NCBI RefSeq assembly: GCF_009914755.1
Contig: NC_060935.1
DNA from: the human T2T-CHM13v2.0 reference genome, Homo sapiens
Reading direction: 5' to 3' (one strand)
Length of the DNA: 64,000 bases
Both the position numbers and the translations under genes were made by a program. How positions within the stretch are numbered: position 1 is the stretch's first letter; each line of letters opens with the position of its first letter. Below are positions 57,044 to 64,000 of the stretch, piece by piece. The notes beneath the pieces are model-generated. The model saw only the letters and a program-made list of their open reading frames with translations, did not search any database and was not told the origin of the DNA.

Positions 57044-58469
57044 TTTCCAGAGCTGATCTTCTCTGTGGTGGTGGCAGGTACCTCTTTACAAAACCCTTAT
57101 CAACCCCTAACGTATTATTTTTTATTTTTTACTGCCTGTTTCTTCCCACTAGACTTTTTAAGGACAGGGACTTTTCTTGGCTTTTTGTATCCCCAGCTCC
57201 TTGAACAGTGCTCACCATATAGTAGGGGTTCAGTAAATATTTTCTAAATAAATGAATGGTGCCAGGAACTGCAAACTGCAGTTTGCACTGCAAGGAGTGG
57301 GCACTGCTGATTCAAAAGAGTCACATTAGGAAGTATAACTTTTGCACCCATTAGTGTATAATGAAACACTGAATTCATACTGTCTTATACTTCTATGCCT
57401 TTGCATGAACTGTTCATATTGCCAAGAATGTCTTTTCCCCCTTGCCCACCAGACACACTACTACTTATTTCTAAAGTTTTCCCTTAATCATCACCTTCTC
57501 CAGGAGACTCTACCCCAGTCACCACAAGTAGAGCCGATCTTTCTTTTACTCAACTCTATATCCAATTCTTAATTGAATTATAGCACTTAGCATGCTACAT
57601 TACAACTAATTGTTTGTATGTCTGCCTCTTAGACTGGATTCTGGGACCTGAAGGGTAAAGTATATGACTTACTTAACTCTGTGTTCTTAGGACCTAGCCT
57701 AATGCCTGGCTAATGGTCAGACTCGGTGTATGTTTGCCAAGTTCTTAGTAAGATCACAGATCTGAGGATGTGGTTTGAATCTGCTAGTGGGAAATAAAAA
57801 CTGTAAAGGCACTTTTGGATTACATGTTTAGTGGGAAATAAAAGCTCAAGCTGCGCTGCACCAAGAGAAGGACAACCTGGATTCTGGTCCCAGTCCTGGA
57901 GCTTCCTACCCAGCAACCGTAGCCCCTTTGAACATCTGACGCCTCATCTATAAATTGGGACATAAAGACCTCACAGGGCTGTTGTGAAGCTCAAGTCAAC
58001 AACTGTGGACAAAAGCTCTTTTTGTAAACTATACTATTAGGCAAGAACAAATTTAAAACTGTCCAAGTGGAGAGTTTGTCCTTTTTAAGACAACAATAAT
58101 CCCCGTAAAATTCTCCTCCCAGTTCTCGAGGCACGTAGATAAATATGCAGTAGTTTTGGTCTGCTCTCCATTCTTAGATCTTGAAAGAGCCTCTGTGAAG
58201 CTGGAGCAGCTTTCAAATTTTGAAGTCAGTCTTCTTGAATCAGTCTTCTTCCCTTTGACATAGCTTGTCATAGGGATTCGTATGTATTTAGTATTAATAT
58301 TTACAATAAGGCCTTTCCCTCCCCTTTGAAAATTCTACGCCAAACAACAGCCAAAATCTGAGGCCTTTTTGTCCTTGAAACTTGGGCTAAATGGCTCCAG
58401 CATGTGGAAGACTCCTCCTCTCAGCCTCTCAAAATTGTGTCTCTTCAGAGTATGATAAGAGACATAGCT

Positions 58470-59273
<804 letters not shown>

Positions 59274-60794
59274 AGGAGGGGTGCTTTCTAATTGCTACCC
59301 TTAGCACTCAGGGATGTTTTCTCGGACCTCACCCAGAGCTATACGTAGGATCAAATGGAAATACGGGATCATTAACTCAGCCCTGGAATGCAGTCTAGCA
59401 GCATTGATGAAGCAGTTGCCATAGTCCGATTCCTCTGGGCTGGCTGTACACAGAATCTGTGTTGTTGTTGGGAGATCATGAGCACTTTGCAAGTTTCTCC
59501 AGTGCTCCTACAGCTTCTGTTCTCACGATGGTTGTGGCTACCTTTTCCCATTTCCCTTATGGGGCCTATAAGTTCTCAAGTTTGCCTTCTGGACTGGGAA
59601 GTCTTCCCTTCCAGCTCACAGGTGGCCCCATCAACACTGGAATAGCTATGGCCTTCAATTTTTCAGACTTCTACCTCTGCTCCATCCAGATTACTACTAC
59701 CACACATACCACATTCGATCTTACTTCCTCATTTCTTTCCTCCACTAGTGCCGCCACCTGGAATGCTCTTCTCTTGTTAATCTTAAATCATGCTTTCATA
59801 CCCAGTTCTCAAGTGACATCTCACTTTAGTTCAACTTTTCTCAAACTCCTACTATCTATTATGAAGTAGGCATTGCATTAGATTATGGGGCCACAAGGTT
59901 AATGATACACAAACATGGTTTCTGACCTCACAGAATTTACATTCTGGGAGAGAAGAAAGACAAGAGAACAAATGGAATACAATGTGATCAGAGAAATCAC
60001 CTAGTGGCATGGGAAATAGAGATGCCTGGGAGAATTTAGGGCAATTTATGTATTTTCTATGAAAACTTCCTTGAACTATTCAATATACCCATGTGTATTT
60101 CCCAGGAACTCTTAATATGTTTGAAGTCACTTAGCTTAGTTCATGTTATTTTTGTGTCTCAACCAGATGTCAGGCCCTCATGTTTAAGAACCATGTTCTT
60201 TTGTATCCCACCCATTGTAAGTAACATTTCATAATACTTATCTGGCTTAATAGTTGGTTGCTTGCTTTGGGGTAGAATGGAGTTGGAGAAAAAGCTTTGG
60301 TTGGGGAACCAGGAAACACTGGGTTCTAATTTTAGTAATGGCATTTGTTAGTGGTAGACTTTGGCAAGACTATTAGCCTAAGTCTCAGTTCTTAAAATGG
60401 AGATAAGAACATTTTCTTCACAAGTTGTTATGATTTAATTAGATAATTTAAGTAAAGTGCCTGGTTTTAAAGTAAAATTCTCTTTCTTCCTCCTCTATTT
60501 TCTGAGAGGACTGTTCTTTATGTCTCTCCACAGCTAAAGTGGCCATATTTTTACAAATGAAAAATCTGGACACTAGCTTTGAAAAACTTTTTTCCAGTTT
60601 GTGAATTTATTCATATAGAAAAGTCTTACAAAAACATAAAAATTAAACCACATCTAGAGCTTGCCTCTTGAGGACAAGTATCATGTCTGTCTTGTTCAAC
60701 ATTGTAACAGTGCTTATCTCATAATAGGTATTCAACAAAAATCCAAGGATAGAACGAATACATTGATAATAGTAAATTTATATGAAAAGGATTA

Positions 60795-61160
<366 letters not shown>

Positions 61161-62069
61161 TTAGACTGTCTCAAAATGTCCAAATCAAAACTGTATACTC
61201 TTGGCTTCAATATGACTGCCTGTGGCACGAACCCACTGGCTTAGAGGAGCTTGATTGAGGATGATTGGCAGTAAGATTCCACACTGAAGGCAGTTGCCCC
61301 TGACAGGTAAGTGGGGCAGCTGCAAGCAGGATAGGTGGAGAAATGGTAGTTTCACACAGTGAAGTCTAAAAATGCCTCAAAATATTGATTTTAGAGAGAA
61401 ACAGGAAGAGGGACACATATCTAGCCAACTGTTCCTGAAAAATAAAAACTGAGGCTTTGACTCATTGGTAGGGGAGAGGTAGCACCACATTTCTCCAATA
61501 TTTTCTGTTTTTTTGAAATACTTTTATACACATTCTGTCATTTGATCTCTACAATAACTGTGTAGACTAGGTAATTCAGTTCAATAACATTTGAGCATTT
61601 TCTAGGTCCTAGTTACTGTCCTTAGTACTATGGGACATGAATATGAATGTCATTGTTCTTTTGCTACAATAATAATTACCATGTATTGGGCTCTAACTGC
61701 TTGCCAGGCACTATAGTAAGTTTCATTATTTACTTTTAAAATATATCATCACATTTATTCCTCAAATAATGTATGATATTGCTTTTTGTTTGTTTGTTTT
61801 GCTTGTTTTAGACATAAAGAAACTCATGCTTAGAGATATTAATAACTTGCCAAGGTCACATAGTTAAGAAGTCATATTAACACACAATTAAAAAGTAAGA
61901 CGTGGAACTCTAACCTGGGTTTCTGTGACTTCAAAGCCTTTGTTCTCTCAACAGGTTACCAAAAGATGCTAGTAGTAATTTGGCTAACAGTTGATCAACC
62001 CTAGAAATGTGTCTCAAATCCCATATGAAATAAAATAGAATATACATTTAAATAATAAAAATGTTGTAG

Positions 62070-62404
<335 letters not shown>

Positions 62405-62522
62405 TCTTACACCAACTTTTGTGGACAGCCATTTGGCATATATCAAAATTTAAAATGCTTAACCCTTGAACTAGCAATTCCACCTTTGTAATTATTGAGT
62501 GACTCTAAATAGGCAAATACAG

Positions 62523-63270
<748 letters not shown>

Positions 63271-64000
63271 TGTAGTAGATTAATGTACAAAGGTGTTAGT
63301 TGGGTCATTGTTTATAATAGCAAAATACTATAAACAACTGAAATATATTTTACTTCAGAAGGGAGGGGTTAAGGTTGCCTAAACAACCTATGACAAAGAG
63401 AAGTGATTTCTTTTAAGTTTTTTCAAAAACTTAAACCCAGGGGTCCCTCACTAAGTCTGGAGTATCAGGAAAATCCTTTTTGGGAAAGTGACAATAATCA
63501 AGTATATGTTTCAGGGAGGGAATGCTGGAGGGAAACAGTCCAAGCAGAGGAAATGGCATGGCTAAAGCCCTAGTGAAAAAGAGGCTAATGTGGCTGGAAT
63601 AGAGAGAGAACCAAGGAAGACTGGCTTCCTGAGATTTAAGGGATAGGTAAGGGCAGAGTAAGTAGTACCTTGTGGGATTTGGGACTTGATACTGGGGACA
63701 ATGGGAAGCTGTAGAGGGGTTTAAGTTTTTGCAGCACTACATCAGTGTAGTGTGGGATAAAAATTAAAAAAAAATTTTTTTTAAGTTTTTGCCGCAGATA
63801 TTTAGAATGACGGCTCTGGCTGCAGAATAAAGAAATAGGAACCCACAGTACACTACATAGCCTCCAAGTTCTTTGATGGTTTCAAGTGAAGAATATCAGG
63901 TTGTCAGGAATGTATCTGAAGCTTGGATTATTTAACATGCTGATTATTGTTGTATTTAAACAAAAAAAATTGATATGTTATTTTCAAATAATAAGAGATA

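Noticed and set aside
59459-59869. 136-aa Ser/Thr-rich ORF
   Set aside because: Non-ATG start, no recognisable homology, pyrimidine-rich degraded-repeat-like sequence

Overview
Primate (hominid, very probably human) non-coding DNA that is extremely Alu-rich (about 60 Alu copies or fragments). It also has old L1/L2/MIR, MLT/LTR33 solo LTRs and hAT/Tigger DNA-transposon relics. No intact protein-coding gene is supported: the ORF track is almost entirely Alu/L1/SVA read-through. There are three processed pseudogenes: COX5B (minus, ~24.9-25.5 kb), C1D (minus, ~28.7-30.0 kb) and BCAS2 (plus, 50.5-53.7 kb). A polyadenylated 28S rRNA 3'-end retrocopy lies at 23.4 kb, and a full-length SVA sits inside the BCAS2 retrocopy. 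From memory (unverified), this pseudogene trio fits the human 11q14.1 interval between RAB30 and PCF11. Main observations: (1) a 60-nt stop-containing insert exactly at a BCAS2 exon-exon junction, a candidate fossil of a poison-exon isoform of this splicing factor; (2) a perfect 198-bp inverted duplication with microhomology junctions that overwrote an Alu head; (3) several other locally templated insertions of 12-380 bp. Repeat subfamily names come from recalled consensus sequences and most boundaries are approximate. I found no evidence of a novel multi-gene system.
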